Source: a virus
Taxonomy: Duplodnaviria > Caudoviricetes
IMG/VR virus record: IMGVR_UViG_3300032318_001091
Coordinates: 1 to 24,936 of that record
Length of the DNA stretch: 24,936 nucleotides
Direction: 5' to 3' (one strand)
Below, one piece after another: positions 15,358 through 23,585 of this stretch (position 1 is its first letter; the number at the start of each line of letters is the position of its first letter). Below the pieces are notes generated by a model. It was given only the letters and a program-made list of their open reading frames with translations, did not search any database and was not told the origin of the DNA. Both the position numbers and the translations under genes were made by a program.

Positions 15358-17325
15358 TCAGTCCTTCCGATAGCGGTAGGTTTCAAAGCCCGCAGCCGAT
15401 AGGGGCAGGCCGATAGACCAGCTTGGGTTGATGGACATCATGTCGGCCAATACGTCAGCCGTGTACTCGGCGCGGTCGGGCACCTCGCAGACAAGCTCGT
15501 CATGTACGCGCAAGACGACCGGATAGTCGTTCTCCTCGGCGCGGCGCATACCCGTCATGAAGACGTCGCGTGCGACGGCCTGCACGATGTTCTCGACCAG
15601 CTTGCCGTAATAGGTGTCCAACAGTTCCCACTTGCGGGTGTATTGGTTCATGCCCTCGTACATGAGCTTGCCGTCGTCATCTATGTGCATGCTGCGGTAG
15701 CACAGGAAGCGCCCACTCGGGAGGCGGCAGCGCACGTATTCGACGCCGTCTGGCCCTTCCCTGCGGTCGAAGCGAACAAGGCCGCGCACGTCGAAGCTTG
15801 TACCAGCATCGCGGACGGCAGAGCGCGCCGCGCCCTCGACGTCGTACCAGAAGCGCTTTGTCGCAGGGTGAGCGTCACGCCACGCCTTTACGATGCCCAT
15901 GATGGTGTCGTCGTCCATGGCGTTGAACACCTCTCCGCCCATCTTGCGATAGGCACCGAGGCCGCCGCCATAGCCTCCAGCCAGCTCGGGAACCTTACCC
16001 TGCGTCTGGCGTTCCGACTTCGTCACCTCGAATGGGTCTTTGTCCAAGATACGCCCTGCCGTCACCTTGTACAGGTCGGCACCGACGCCACGGTCGTACG
16101 CCTTGAACGCCTCGATTTTCCAGTCCTCGCCTGCCATCCAAGCAAGCACGCGGCCTTCGATGTTCGACAAGTCGGCGATGACCAGCTTCTTGTTACGGCT
16201 GGCGACCAGCGCGCCGCGCACAGCGAACGCGCAGCGCTCGCTCACATTCTCGTAGATGACGTCTTCGCAGTCGTCCTTAAACGCACGTATGGTGGCCTCC
16301 TGCACGTCGCCGTCGAACCAGTCGGGCGAGCGGGGTAGGTTCTGCGGTTGGAAGATGCGGCCACTGTCGCGGCCTGTCCGCGCAGCCCCACAGAATTGTA
16401 TCGTCCCGCGCAGGCGTCCGTCGGACGACGCGGCGTCAATTAGCGCGCCGTATTTGGCAGGCGACGTAGCGGATGCCTGTTGGCGGATTTCGAGCAGTTC
16501 GCGCACGGTAGGGTCGAGTTCGCCCTTTAGCGCCTTCTCGACCGTCTCCTTGGTCAGGTCGTCTGTGTCGAAGCCGCGCTCGTCTTTCAGATACGACAAC
16601 AGCTTCTCGCGCTGCGTCGTCGAGGGCACCGCGCCGTCGGTTAGAACGGCTGCACGAGTGGCCAAAGCTCCCGAAGCTCGTCGAAAAGCTCGGATTGCGG
16701 ATTTGGCGAAGTCAACATCGACGGCGATACCACGGTCATTAATTCCTTGGTCGAGTTCCCAAAGGTGCCGCTCACTATGTGAATTGTTCCAAGACGGCAA
16801 ACGGCCATGTATGTTTCGCATCGCGTCCACATCGAGGCGGGCGTATTCGATAAATTGTTGCCACTCATCCGGGTGTGTCTCCACCGTTGCGCGCCGCACT
16901 TTCCAGTTTTTGGGGCACGGCTTCGTAAACAGTTGTATCAACCTTTTACCCGCTTTGTCTTTAGCTTTATCAGTAGGCACGCCGAGAACGTCGCAAAGCG
17001 TGCCGAGTGAGGCTGGCAGACTGTGTGCGAGGGCTGTCACCATGGTGTCGTCAATCTTTTCGACGGGTACGTGAACGCCTTGGTGGCGCAGGATGGTACG
17101 GTCAAAGGCGCTGTTGTGGATGACGACGCGCTCGGCGTAGTCAATCAGCCCCTGCAACCGCTCGCGCCAGTCGGGATGGCCCTGCGTACAGTCCCAGACG
17201 TCCACTTTGGTGTCGTCCGATGCAACGGCCACAAGCAGCACCTCCGCCTCTTCGGCATATCGGTGCGCGCCGTGCTTGATAGGCACGGTGCTGTACGTTT
17301 CGAGGTCAAGCCAAAGGGTGCTCAT
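15358..17325 (-). CDS. polA: Family A DNA polymerase with 3'-5' exonuclease (APSE/SPO2-like)
   Basis: ExoI DLET, ExoII HNSAFD, ExoIII YARLD; TGRDSG..FQPQN; motif A ADLSNIEGR, motif B R...GKVPELAGGYG, motif C VHDE. Confidence 0.95.
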   Translation of the reverse strand: MSTLWLDLETYSTVPIKHGAHRYAEEAEVLLVAVASDDTKVDVWDCTQGHPDWRERLQGLIDYAERVVIHNSAFDRTILRHQGVHVPVEKIDDTMVTALAHSLPASLGTLCDVLGVPTDKAKDKAGKRLIQLFTKPCPKNWKVRRATVETHPDEWQQFIEYARLDVDAMRNIHGRLPSWNNSHSERHLWELDQGINDRGIAVDVDFAKSAIRAFRRASGALATRAAVLTDGAVPSTTQREKLLSYLKDERGFDTDDLTKETVEKALKGELDPTVRELLEIRQQASATSPAKYGALIDAASSDGRLRGTIQFCGAARTGRDSGRIFQPQNLPRSPDWFDGDVQEATIRAFKDDCEDVIYENVSERCAFAVRGALVASRNKKLVIADLSNIEGRVLAWMAGEDWKIEAFKAYDRGVGADLYKVTAGRILDKDPFEVTKSERQTQGKVPELAGGYGGGLGAYRKMGGEVFNAMDDDTIMGIVKAWRDAHPATKRFWYDVEGAARSAVRDAGTSFDVRGLVRFDRREGPDGVEYVRCRLPSGRFLCYRSMHIDDDGKLMYEGMNQYTRKWELLDTYYGKLVENIVQAVARDVFMTGMRRAEENDYPVVLRVHDELVCEVPDRAEYTADVLADMMSINPSWSIGLPLSAAGFETYRYRKD

Positions 17326-17621
17326 CCGCGTGTCCCGTGCAGGATTTCGCTGACGCGGCCCGGATTGATGTTGTGCGCGTCGCCAATCTCTTGATGCGAT
17401 GCGTCTGGATTGTTAGCGGCCATAGCCCGAACGGACGCACGTACGTCTGCCGTGATACGCCTGCTCTTCACAGGCGCGCGGCTGTAGCTGCGGCGATACG
17501 TCTCCTGCATCAAAGCGTTGATGCGCAAGTTTATCTCATACTGCCGACGGGACAACTGCACGCCTTCATTGGTCAGTTCAGAAATCATTTCGCGGATTTG
17601 CGGGATTGTAAGTTTAGACAT
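17322..17621 (-). CDS. HTH DNA-binding protein (99 aa)
   Basis: C-terminal HTH ASHQEIGDAHNINPGRVSEILHG; SD GAGGAG 7 nt before ATG; ATGA overlap with polA. Confidence 0.75.
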   Translation of the reverse strand: MSKLTIPQIREMISELTNEGVQLSRRQYEINLRINALMQETYRRSYSRAPVKSRRITADVRASVRAMAANNPDASHQEIGDAHNINPGRVSEILHGTRG

Positions 17622-17630
17622 GCTGATACT

Positions 17631-17754
17631 CCTCTATTCTGGTGAGCCGCGCGCTTCGTGTATCAGCAACGCAGGAGCAACCCGCACCCGCGCGCGGCTC
17701 GCCAGAACAGAGGGTACGTCGGCTAAGGGTGGATAGAAACGCCGACGTACCCTC
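17631..17754 (-). ncRNA. Candidate structured antisense/regulatory RNA (double hairpin)
   Basis: Stem 17631-17654/17690-17713 (22 of 24 Watson-Crick) and a perfect 14-bp stem 17710-17723/17741-17754. On the minus strand, the loop at 17661-17682 is complementary to the conserved leader/SD of three early genes. Strand inferred from flanking genes. Confidence 0.65.
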
Positions 17755-17765
17755 GTTACTTAGCG

Positions 17766-18029
17766 CTAAAGCAAGTCCATGCCAAGCGCAGATTTATATG
17801 TGTCGAGGATGGCTTCCATCTCGGCACGGTCGTCCTTGGTCATTTTGCGGAGTGCCACAATCTGACGCATAGCTTTGGCGTCGTAACCGTTGGCCTTCGC
17901 CTCGCTGTAGACGTCGCGGATGTCGTCGGCGACGCCCTTCTTTTCTTCCTCGAGACGCTCGATGCGCTCAATGAAAAGCCGAAGCTGCTCCGCCGTCGGA
18001 TTTACCGCGTTGTGACCGATGTCGCTCAC
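17766..18029 (-). CDS. gapR: GapR-family (DUF2312/UPF0335) nucleoid-associated protein
   Basis: [50 protein letters not shown]...[10 protein letters not shown] closely matches the alphaproteobacterial GapR consensus. Confidence 0.93.
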   Translation of the reverse strand: MSDIGHNAVNPTAEQLRLFIERIERLEEEKKGVADDIRDVYSEAKANGYDAKAMRQIVALRKMTKDDRAEMEAILDTYKSALGMDLL

Positions 18030-18610
18030 AGTACGTCGTCCGCTTCGGCCTTAGCCTTAGCAAGACCAGCGAACTCGTCCGCACCCGCAGGAGCGGAACC
18101 GCCGCCCAAGCTTTGGCCTTCGCCAGTCAACATGATGCCGCGCAGCGAACAGTTGACGCGACGGCCCCACTTGTTGTCCTGCGCCCATACCTCGACCGAG
18201 GCGTTGACGATGGCACCGCTGAACGCTTTGCGCTCGATGTCGGACTTGCCAGTGACGGCCTCGCCGTACTCGTTGTACACAGTAGGCTGCGTCTTCGAGT
18301 TGCGGGTGGACAGGTAGTGCGCGTCTTCAAAGCCAGCGTAAGGTTCGCCAGTCTTCTTCGAGCGGTAGACCTTCTTGACGAAGCAAAGCTTGTTGTCTTC
18401 GGCGAGCATGGACAAAACACTGTCGGCCTTGTCCTTCCATTCCGCGACGGCTTCTTCGCGGATTGCGGCCTCGATGGCCTTCTGTTGTTCGCTGTTCGGC
18501 TTGATTGGGAATTTCGCGCCGTAGGCTGGCTCGCCTTCGCCGAACGCTTGTGGTTCAGCAATAGCAGGGAACGCAAGTTGCAGGTTCTTTAACATGATTA
18601 TAGTAGCCAT
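18026..18610 (-). CDS. DUF2815 single-stranded DNA-binding protein (T7 gp2.5-like)
   Basis: LAFP..., [37 protein letters not shown] and an acidic tail; canonical position between DUF2800 and polA. Confidence 0.88.
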   Translation of the reverse strand: MATIIMLKNLQLAFPAIAEPQAFGEGEPAYGAKFPIKPNSEQQKAIEAAIREEAVAEWKDKADSVLSMLAEDNKLCFVKKVYRSKKTGEPYAGFEDAHYLSTRNSKTQPTVYNEYGEAVTGKSDIERKAFSGAIVNASVEVWAQDNKWGRRVNCSLRGIMLTGEGQSLGGGSAPAGADEFAGLAKAKAEADDVL

Positions 18611-19836
18611 TATTCAGTTTCCATTTCTTCAGTTTGAAATAAACCCCGGAAGTCTTCCGAGATTGGTGTAACGACCACTTCTGGCCGTTTGTCTGTGACG
18701 GGTGCCACAGACAGCTTGCCCTCTGACCGCGTGACTAAAGCTTCGGCTTTAGCCAGACGTTTCGGGTTTGCCTGCAATATCTTATCCGCCTTTGTTGGGC
18801 TGATAAGCTTAAAATCGTACATCTCCTCCTGCTTTAGCCGGAAGCTCTTGAACAGCCTCTCGACCTCGGCTTCGTCGCGCCATGCGCGGTTGCCGCGCCT
18901 GCCCTCGACCAGTTTGTAGCCGTCAACTTGCTTACCCGCAAGTAGTCTCCGTTCGACCTCGGCGCGGACGGCTTTGCACCAATCCTCGACCAGACCGACC
19001 TTCGCCATGGCGATGGACAGATAGTTGTCGCCAGACTGGCTATCGACCGTCTGCGGCAGGAATTGCGCAAAGTCATCTGCGCTGGCAACGCTGCCAGACA
19101 CGATTTCGGACATGTCCGCCAACAGGGCTGGGCAGGTCGCCTTCGCCTTGCAGAAACGGCACTGCTTCTCGCCGGGGTTGAACGTAGGCTCTTCCCACCG
19201 CGCCTTGTCCGCCGCATGGCTTACGTCGCCCCCGAAGCGCTCCAACTGGGCCACCGAGATTTCCCACTCGCTGACGTGATTGAGACGCGGCATGTGGATG
19301 ACCATGCCGACACGTTCAAAGTCACAGACGAGGCTGTACTCTTCGACCGCGCCGAGGGCGTACATCTGGAGCTGCGGGTTGTCTTCTGCGTCCACGCGCA
19401 CGCCCATGCCGTATTTAAGGTCAATCACCTCAATCGTCTTGTTGGGTATGTCGATGATGACGACGTCGCTGGTGCCTGTCGCGTCGGCCTCTCCGGTCAG
19501 GTGGCTGATTGGAAGCTTACACTCGATGTACAACGTCTTGCCCTCGGCACGTTGGCGCACGAAGCTTACATAGTCATCGACGTAGTCCGCCATCTCCTGC
19601 GTTATCTCCCACAGCATTTCTTCGCCATGGTCGTCATACCGGATTTTCTTGCCGATATAGTCCTTGGCGTGCGCGCCGGAGTGCTCGAGCACTATGGCCG
19701 CCAGCTCGTGCGCAGCGGTGCCCTCACGGGCGTAGCTGCTGCCGCTGTCGGGGTACTCGGCCTCCAACTGCACGCTGCCGGAACAGGCCATCCAGCGGTG
19801 TGCGCCGGATGGTGAAAGCTTTGCGTGTCCGGTCAT
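18610..19836 (-). CDS. DUF2800 Cas4/RecB-like PD-(D/E)xK exonuclease
   Basis: HAKLSPSGAHRWMAC, EGTAAHEL, GTSD, IDLKYG, QLQMYALG, CRFC-x5-C. Start re-assigned to ATG 19836 (ATGA overlap with the upstream gene). Confidence 0.9.
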   Translation of the reverse strand: MTGHAKLSPSGAHRWMACSGSVQLEAEYPDSGSSYAREGTAAHELAAIVLEHSGAHAKDYIGKKIRYDDHGEEMLWEITQEMADYVDDYVSFVRQRAEGKTLYIECKLPISHLTGEADATGTSDVVIIDIPNKTIEVIDLKYGMGVRVDAEDNPQLQMYALGAVEEYSLVCDFERVGMVIHMPRLNHVSEWEISVAQLERFGGDVSHAADKARWEEPTFNPGEKQCRFCKAKATCPALLADMSEIVSGSVASADDFAQFLPQTVDSQSGDNYLSIAMAKVGLVEDWCKAVRAEVERRLLAGKQVDGYKLVEGRRGNRAWRDEAEVERLFKSFRLKQEEMYDFKLISPTKADKILQANPKRLAKAEALVTRSEGKLSVAPVTDKRPEVVVTPISEDFRGLFQTEEMETE

Positions 19837-20249
19837 GCCATTTCTGCTTCTAAGCGCGCGACCAGTTCTGGCCACAGTGTAGGGTCGAGCATCGAGGCAC
19901 GTTCTACGCCAAACTCGGCGAGGATTTTCGAGGTTTCTTCCTTGGAGCGCTTCTGTACAAAAAGCAGTACAACAGGCGCGACTTGCGTCTCGAAGTTGAG
20001 CGTGGCGATTTCCTCCGCCGGGGCGGCAGGGGTATTTTCCACGATTTCTGCGGGTTTAGGGGTGATTTCCTCCGCAGAGGCGGCAGGGGTATTTTCCTCG
20101 GCCACCTCCGTCTTGGCGACATCGCGTTCAACCTGCAACGCTTCAACCGCTGTGTTGACGTCGAGGTGCTTACGCAAGCTGGCACCAAGGGCCAGCAGCT
20201 TGTCGGCGACTTCGGGGATGCTGTTGCCTGTTACTTCAATCTTAATCAT
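19833..20249 (-). CDS. Hypothetical protein with Ala/Pro/Glu linker and small C-terminal helical domain
   Basis: Two-domain layout ending KILAEFGVERASMLDP..WPEL, as often seen directly upstream of DUF2800 genes. Confidence 0.75.
   Translation of the reverse strand: MIKIEVTGNSIPEVADKLLALGASLRKHLDVNTAVEALQVERDVAKTEVAEENTPAASAEEITPKPAEIVENTPAAPAEEIATLNFETQVAPVVLLFVQKRSKEETSKILAEFGVERASMLDPTLWPELVARLEAEMA
20007..20097. repeat. 34-bp direct repeat (57-nt period), in-frame ENTPAAxAEEI duplication
   Basis: 20007-20040 gatttcctccgccggggcggcaggggtattttcc versus 20064-20097 gatttcctccgcagaggcggcaggggtattttcc; 2 mismatches. Confidence 0.9.
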
Positions 20250-20544
20250 TATTCTGTTCCTTCAATTGTTCAATAGTTTCGTCGCGCGTGGCAAGCATAA
20301 GCTCAAGCACGTCGATTTTATGCTGCAACTCGCAAAGCTCGTCGTCCAGCTTGGCGGCGTCGCGTTCAAAGTCGGCTGCACGTTCCCGCAGCGCTTCGGC
20401 TTCCTCTTCGTGCTCTATCCATGCGGCCTCCAGACGTTCGGCCAGCACGATGGCCAGCTCTGCGTTGGGGTTGTACTTTGCCTCCTCGAGTAGGAAGCTG
20501 TCCTCGCATTTGCGGTAGTGACTGCGGTCTTTCAAAAGTTCCAT
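20242..20544 (-). CDS. Acidic coiled-coil hypothetical protein (100 aa)
   Basis: Heptad-like, Glu-rich; SD GGGAG; overlaps both neighbours. Confidence 0.75.
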   Translation of the reverse strand: MELLKDRSHYRKCEDSFLLEEAKYNPNAELAIVLAERLEAAWIEHEEEAEALRERAADFERDAAKLDDELCELQHKIDVLELMLATRDETIEQLKEQNND

Positions 20545-20729
20545 GGTTCGGCTCCCTGTTGTTTCGCAAGCTGGCGCGCTTCGCGCTTGCCGCTCACGGT
20601 GAACGCAGCCACGTTCGAGCGGCGTCCGTTTGCAATGCGGTTGATGTAGAGGGTCGGCGGGTATTTGTTGGTGCCCGTCGTATATTCAGCGGCCAGAACG
20701 GTGTCGGCGGCAAGTAATTCAGTGCTCAA
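20532..20729 (-). CDS. Hypothetical early protein (65 aa, TTG start)
   Basis: Strong SD AAGGAG 8 nt upstream; first gene after conserved regulatory element 1. Confidence 0.75.
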   Translation of the reverse strand: MSTELLAADTVLAAEYTTGTNKYPPTLYINRIANGRRSNVAAFTVSGKREARQLAKQQGAEPWNF

Positions 20730-20737
20730 TTTGGTTA

Positions 20738-20797
20738 CTCCTTCGTTGCTGATAGCCCCCTATGGACCATGCAATTACACATTGCAACCCTTTATTT
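20738..20797 (-). promoter_or_regulatory. Conserved promoter/operator plus leader element 1
   Basis: Minus strand: aaataaaggg TTGCAA tgtgtaa TTGCAT N14 TATCAGCAAC ga AGGAG. Confidence 0.75.
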
Positions 20798-20805
20798 GCA
20801 CTTTT

Positions 20806-22827
20806 TTACTCGTAGAAGATTATTTTTCCACCTTCCATGCGCAGCGGACCATCCTTCTCCTTGCTAAGTAGCTGAATTGCGCGGGTTACGACCTGCCTAC
20901 GCGTGTCGCGTTTGCCTTCCTCTGGCACTGGCAAAGCGTCCACCGCACTGTTGATTAGGTCGATTGCGCTGACAACACTCTTGTCGGCAAAGAGTGTCAT
21001 CACCTCCAATACGTGATTTTCTACACGTCCGCGACGCTTGATGCCTATGCGGTCGTCGTTGGTCGTTTGCGGTGGTGCGTCTGCCTCAACTGCGACGCAG
21101 CTCGTGATGATGTCGCCGTCATAGTCGAGGCCCAGTTCGACCACCTCGAGCCTAAAGCCCCAGCGCACGCCGTCCTCGCCATCCTTCATTTTCTCGATGA
21201 CAATTTCGCGGAAGCCGTTGTCGTGACGTATCACCTCAATCTGCACGTCCGCAGCCGCCTTCAAGCCCGACCAGCCGCGTGAGCCTTTGCTAAGGTCTTT
21301 CCCTGCGTGATGGACGACAAGGTTCATCGCGGCGGTGGCGTCGTGCAACAGCTTTAGGTTCGCCAGCGCTCGGCCCATGTCTTCGGACGTGTTCTCGTTG
21401 GCACCGGGCGTCACCTGCGCCAGCGTGTCTATCACAATCAAATCGACGGGACCGATGTTCTTAATCTCGGCAATCACCTCGGATATGTCGTCGCTGTCGA
21501 GAAAGTTCGGCGCAGCGGTGATGACTTGTAGGTCGTTCATGCCGCGTAGGTTAAAGTTGTGGTACTGCGCGTACGCCTCGCCGCGCTTGCCGACACCTGC
21601 GCCGCCTTCCGCAGCGATGACGACGACACGTCCACGGGCCGTGCGGCGCTCACGCCATGCGACGCCGCGCGCTATCGTGAAGGCTAGGTCCAGCGCGACG
21701 AACGTCTTGCCACTGCCTGACGCGCCGAAGAGCACGCCCAGCTCGCCTTTTGGCAACACGCCCTTAATCAGCCAGTCCATGGACGGGCGCAGGGTGACGT
21801 CGTAGATAGGCACAGGACCGAAGCGACCGACGCTCTTAGCTGGCAACTCGGCCATGATGGCCTCGGCCTTAGCCAGCACCTGTTCGCGCTTGACGCCGTC
21901 GTCTGGTCGGTAGCCAGCTTCCTTCGCCATCTTGATGACGGAGCGCATCGTGACGGCATGCCGACCGGGCGTCTGCTTTAGACTATCCCATTGGTGGCGC
22001 AGCCCCTCGTCGCCGGGGTAGGTGTCGCCGTAGCTCGACCATTCATCCCATATCTCGAAGCCGTCATCGCCGCCCTCAAACTCATGGTGCAGCGCCATGC
22101 CGACGCGTAGCCAAGGCTCACGGCCCATGCTCGGGTCGAGGCATTTCAACATCGCCTCAATCTCGCCGATGGTCAGGCCGACGCGAGGCTCACGCCCAGC
22201 CATAAAGTCGTCGGGGTCGAACTTGGCCGTGCTGCGTTGGCCGAAGCGCTTTTCGCAGTAGTCGCGCGTCGCTTGGTCAACGTCCGCAATCTTGTCTTGA
22301 TAGCCGAGAATGTCACAGCCGGGCAAAATGTCACCCGTGAGCGTCACGAAGCCGGACGAGGAGAAGGTCTCGAACCCGTAGTCCTCGCGCGTCGTTGGTG
22401 TCTTGTGGTTGCCGAGGTCGCCCTTCAACACGGCACGGATGCCCTTGCCGCTCGGGCTGTACTCTGCGTAGGTGCGCCCGACAATCTGCTCAATCTCGGG
22501 CAGGATGACGCCGTCAGGACCGACACAGTTGTCGAAGTCGAGGAAGGTGTAACCAAAGTCCCTTAGCGGTGCGAAGCCGACGCCGTCGAAGCCCTTGCGC
22601 ACCGCAGCGTCACGCGCCGCGCTGAACGTCGTCAGACGCGCACGGTCAACCGAGCCACCCTGCTGGCCGTGACGGCGGGTGCCGTCGGCCCAGTAAGGAA
22701 CCTTTCGGGCCTTCGCTTCGCCTATGAAGTGCTCATAGCGCCAGCATATCCACGCTTGTAAGTCGCGCAGGTCTTTGGGAACCTGCACGTTGCGGATTTC
22801 GGGCGCAATTACACTGACGCTTGACAT
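20806..22827 (-). CDS. Primase-helicase: prim-pol (AEP-like) N-terminus, PriCT-2, RepA-like AAA_25 helicase
   Basis: FLDFD and EYSPSGKGIR; WLRVGMALH...WDEWS; Walker A GASGSGKT, Walker B LIVID, HHAGK, RGWSGL. Start re-assigned to ATG 22827 (SD GAGGAAG). Confidence 0.9.
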   Translation of the reverse strand: MSSVSVIAPEIRNVQVPKDLRDLQAWICWRYEHFIGEAKARKVPYWADGTRRHGQQGGSVDRARLTTFSAARDAAVRKGFDGVGFAPLRDFGYTFLDFDNCVGPDGVILPEIEQIVGRTYAEYSPSGKGIRAVLKGDLGNHKTPTTREDYGFETFSSSGFVTLTGDILPGCDILGYQDKIADVDQATRDYCEKRFGQRSTAKFDPDDFMAGREPRVGLTIGEIEAMLKCLDPSMGREPWLRVGMALHHEFEGGDDGFEIWDEWSSYGDTYPGDEGLRHQWDSLKQTPGRHAVTMRSVIKMAKEAGYRPDDGVKREQVLAKAEAIMAELPAKSVGRFGPVPIYDVTLRPSMDWLIKGVLPKGELGVLFGASGSGKTFVALDLAFTIARGVAWRERRTARGRVVVIAAEGGAGVGKRGEAYAQYHNFNLRGMNDLQVITAAPNFLDSDDISEVIAEIKNIGPVDLIVIDTLAQVTPGANENTSEDMGRALANLKLLHDATAAMNLVVHHAGKDLSKGSRGWSGLKAAADVQIEVIRHDNGFREIVIEKMKDGEDGVRWGFRLEVVELGLDYDGDIITSCVAVEADAPPQTTNDDRIGIKRRGRVENHVLEVMTLFADKSVVSAIDLINSAVDALPVPEEGKRDTRRQVVTRAIQLLSKEKDGPLRMEGGKIIFYE

Positions 22828-22852
22828 GTTATCTTCCTCGTCCACGTCGGTA

Positions 22853-23098
22853 TTAGTCGCGGTTGTTGGTCGGTAGGCGTAGCATCTCAATCAGGGCCGG
22901 GTCTACTAGTTCGCCGCGATTGACGTTGTATAATATGTGGATTTCTGTCGCGCGTGGCAAAGGCACATAGCCGCGCCGAAGCCATTGATAGACGGCTTGA
23001 TGGGTTACACCAAGCGAACGAGAAAAGGCCATTATGCCTCCCGCTTTGTCTATGGTGCGACGGAGCAACGCGACGCGCTGCGGCTTATCTAATATCAT
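22853..23098 (-). CDS. Cro-like HTH transcriptional regulator
   Basis: IDKAGGIMAFSRSLGVTHQAVYQW..RGYVP..RA..I...V.R.EL.DP is a classic Cro/YdaS pattern; lies upstream of the primase. Confidence 0.85.
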   Translation of the reverse strand: MILDKPQRVALLRRTIDKAGGIMAFSRSLGVTHQAVYQWLRRGYVPLPRATEIHILYNVNRGELVDPALIEMLRLPTNNRD

Positions 23099-23274
23099 GA
23101 GTATTTCCTGTTAATCTCTGCACGGAAGCTTTCGGGCCGTAGGCCGCACATCCGCTCCTCTTGCATGTATACTAAGCGCAGATTGACCAACTCTCGGTCA
23201 ATTTCTGCGATGCGACGCGTTAGTTGGTCGCGCTCTGCAAAGAGGGTTTTGGCTTCTTGGGTGGTGGTTGTCAT
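23095..23274 (-). CDS. Small coiled-coil hypothetical protein (59 aa)
   Basis: Start re-assigned to ATG 23274 (GGAG SD within element 2); ATGA overlap with the cro-like gene. Confidence 0.7.
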   Translation of the reverse strand: MTTTTQEAKTLFAERDQLTRRIAEIDRELVNLRLVYMQEERMCGLRPESFRAEINRKYS

Positions 23275-23280
23275 GTTACT

Positions 23281-23337
23281 CTCCAGTTGCTGATAAGGTT
23301 TAATTGCACATGCAACAGCGTCTTGCAACCCTTATTT
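23281..23337 (-). promoter_or_regulatory. Conserved promoter/operator plus leader element 2
   Basis: Minus strand: aaataaggg TTGCAA gacgctg TTGCAT N14 TATCAGCAAC t GGAG. Confidence 0.75.
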
Positions 23338-23563
23338 ATTGTTTTGTTGCGCCTAACTCGCGCAAGATTTTTCGCAAGTCGCCGAGCCTGTTTCGTGTGG
23401 CTCTGCCGTCCGACGGCGAGATGGATATGGTAATGAAGCGGCTGCCGTTCTCGGTCGTGACGACCAGTCTTCGGTGCTTGCCGCCTCTCTCGAAGCGATG
23501 GTCTATGACGCCGGACCATCGGTCCAGTTCGTTTGTAAGGTCTCGCTTTGCTCTATGGTCCAT
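23336..23563 (-). CDS. HicA-like (dsRBD-fold) protein, 75 aa
   Basis: ERGGKHRRL...FITISISPSDGRATRNRLGDLRK resembles HicA-like G-x-H proteins. Start re-assigned to ATG 23563 (GGAG 6 nt upstream). Confidence 0.55.
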   Translation of the reverse strand: MDHRAKRDLTNELDRWSGVIDHRFERGGKHRRLVVTTENGSRFITISISPSDGRATRNRLGDLRKILRELGATKQ

Positions 23564-23585
23564 TTTCTGCTCCGAATGGCGGGAC

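Noticed and set aside
17724-17740. Loop of the second hairpin as another antisense guide
   Set aside because: I found only a short 8-nt match (near 20414, inside a CDS); a real target could lie outside the window but is unsupported here.
17631-17754. Hairpins as simple intrinsic terminators or a tRNA
   Set aside because: Loops are large (17 and over 20 nt), there is no U-tract on the coding strand, and no cloverleaf or T-loop consensus is present.
2145-19815. Long opposite-strand or alternate-frame ORFs (for example 2145-3011 -, 3304-4077 -, 11540-12310 -, 15502-16338 +, 16256-17074 +, 19063-19815 +)
   Set aside because: They shadow well-supported genes in GC-rich DNA and have no recognisable motifs.
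18610-19836. Cas4-like nuclease as evidence of a CRISPR system
   Set aside because: No repeat-spacer array or other cas genes; DUF2800-DUF2815-polA is a standard phage replication module.
20769-20787. TTGCA motifs read as a sigma54 promoter, CtrA box or alphaproteobacterial LexA box
   Set aside because: No GG-N10-GC spacing; the sequence is not TTAA-N7-TTAA or GTTC-N7-GTTC.
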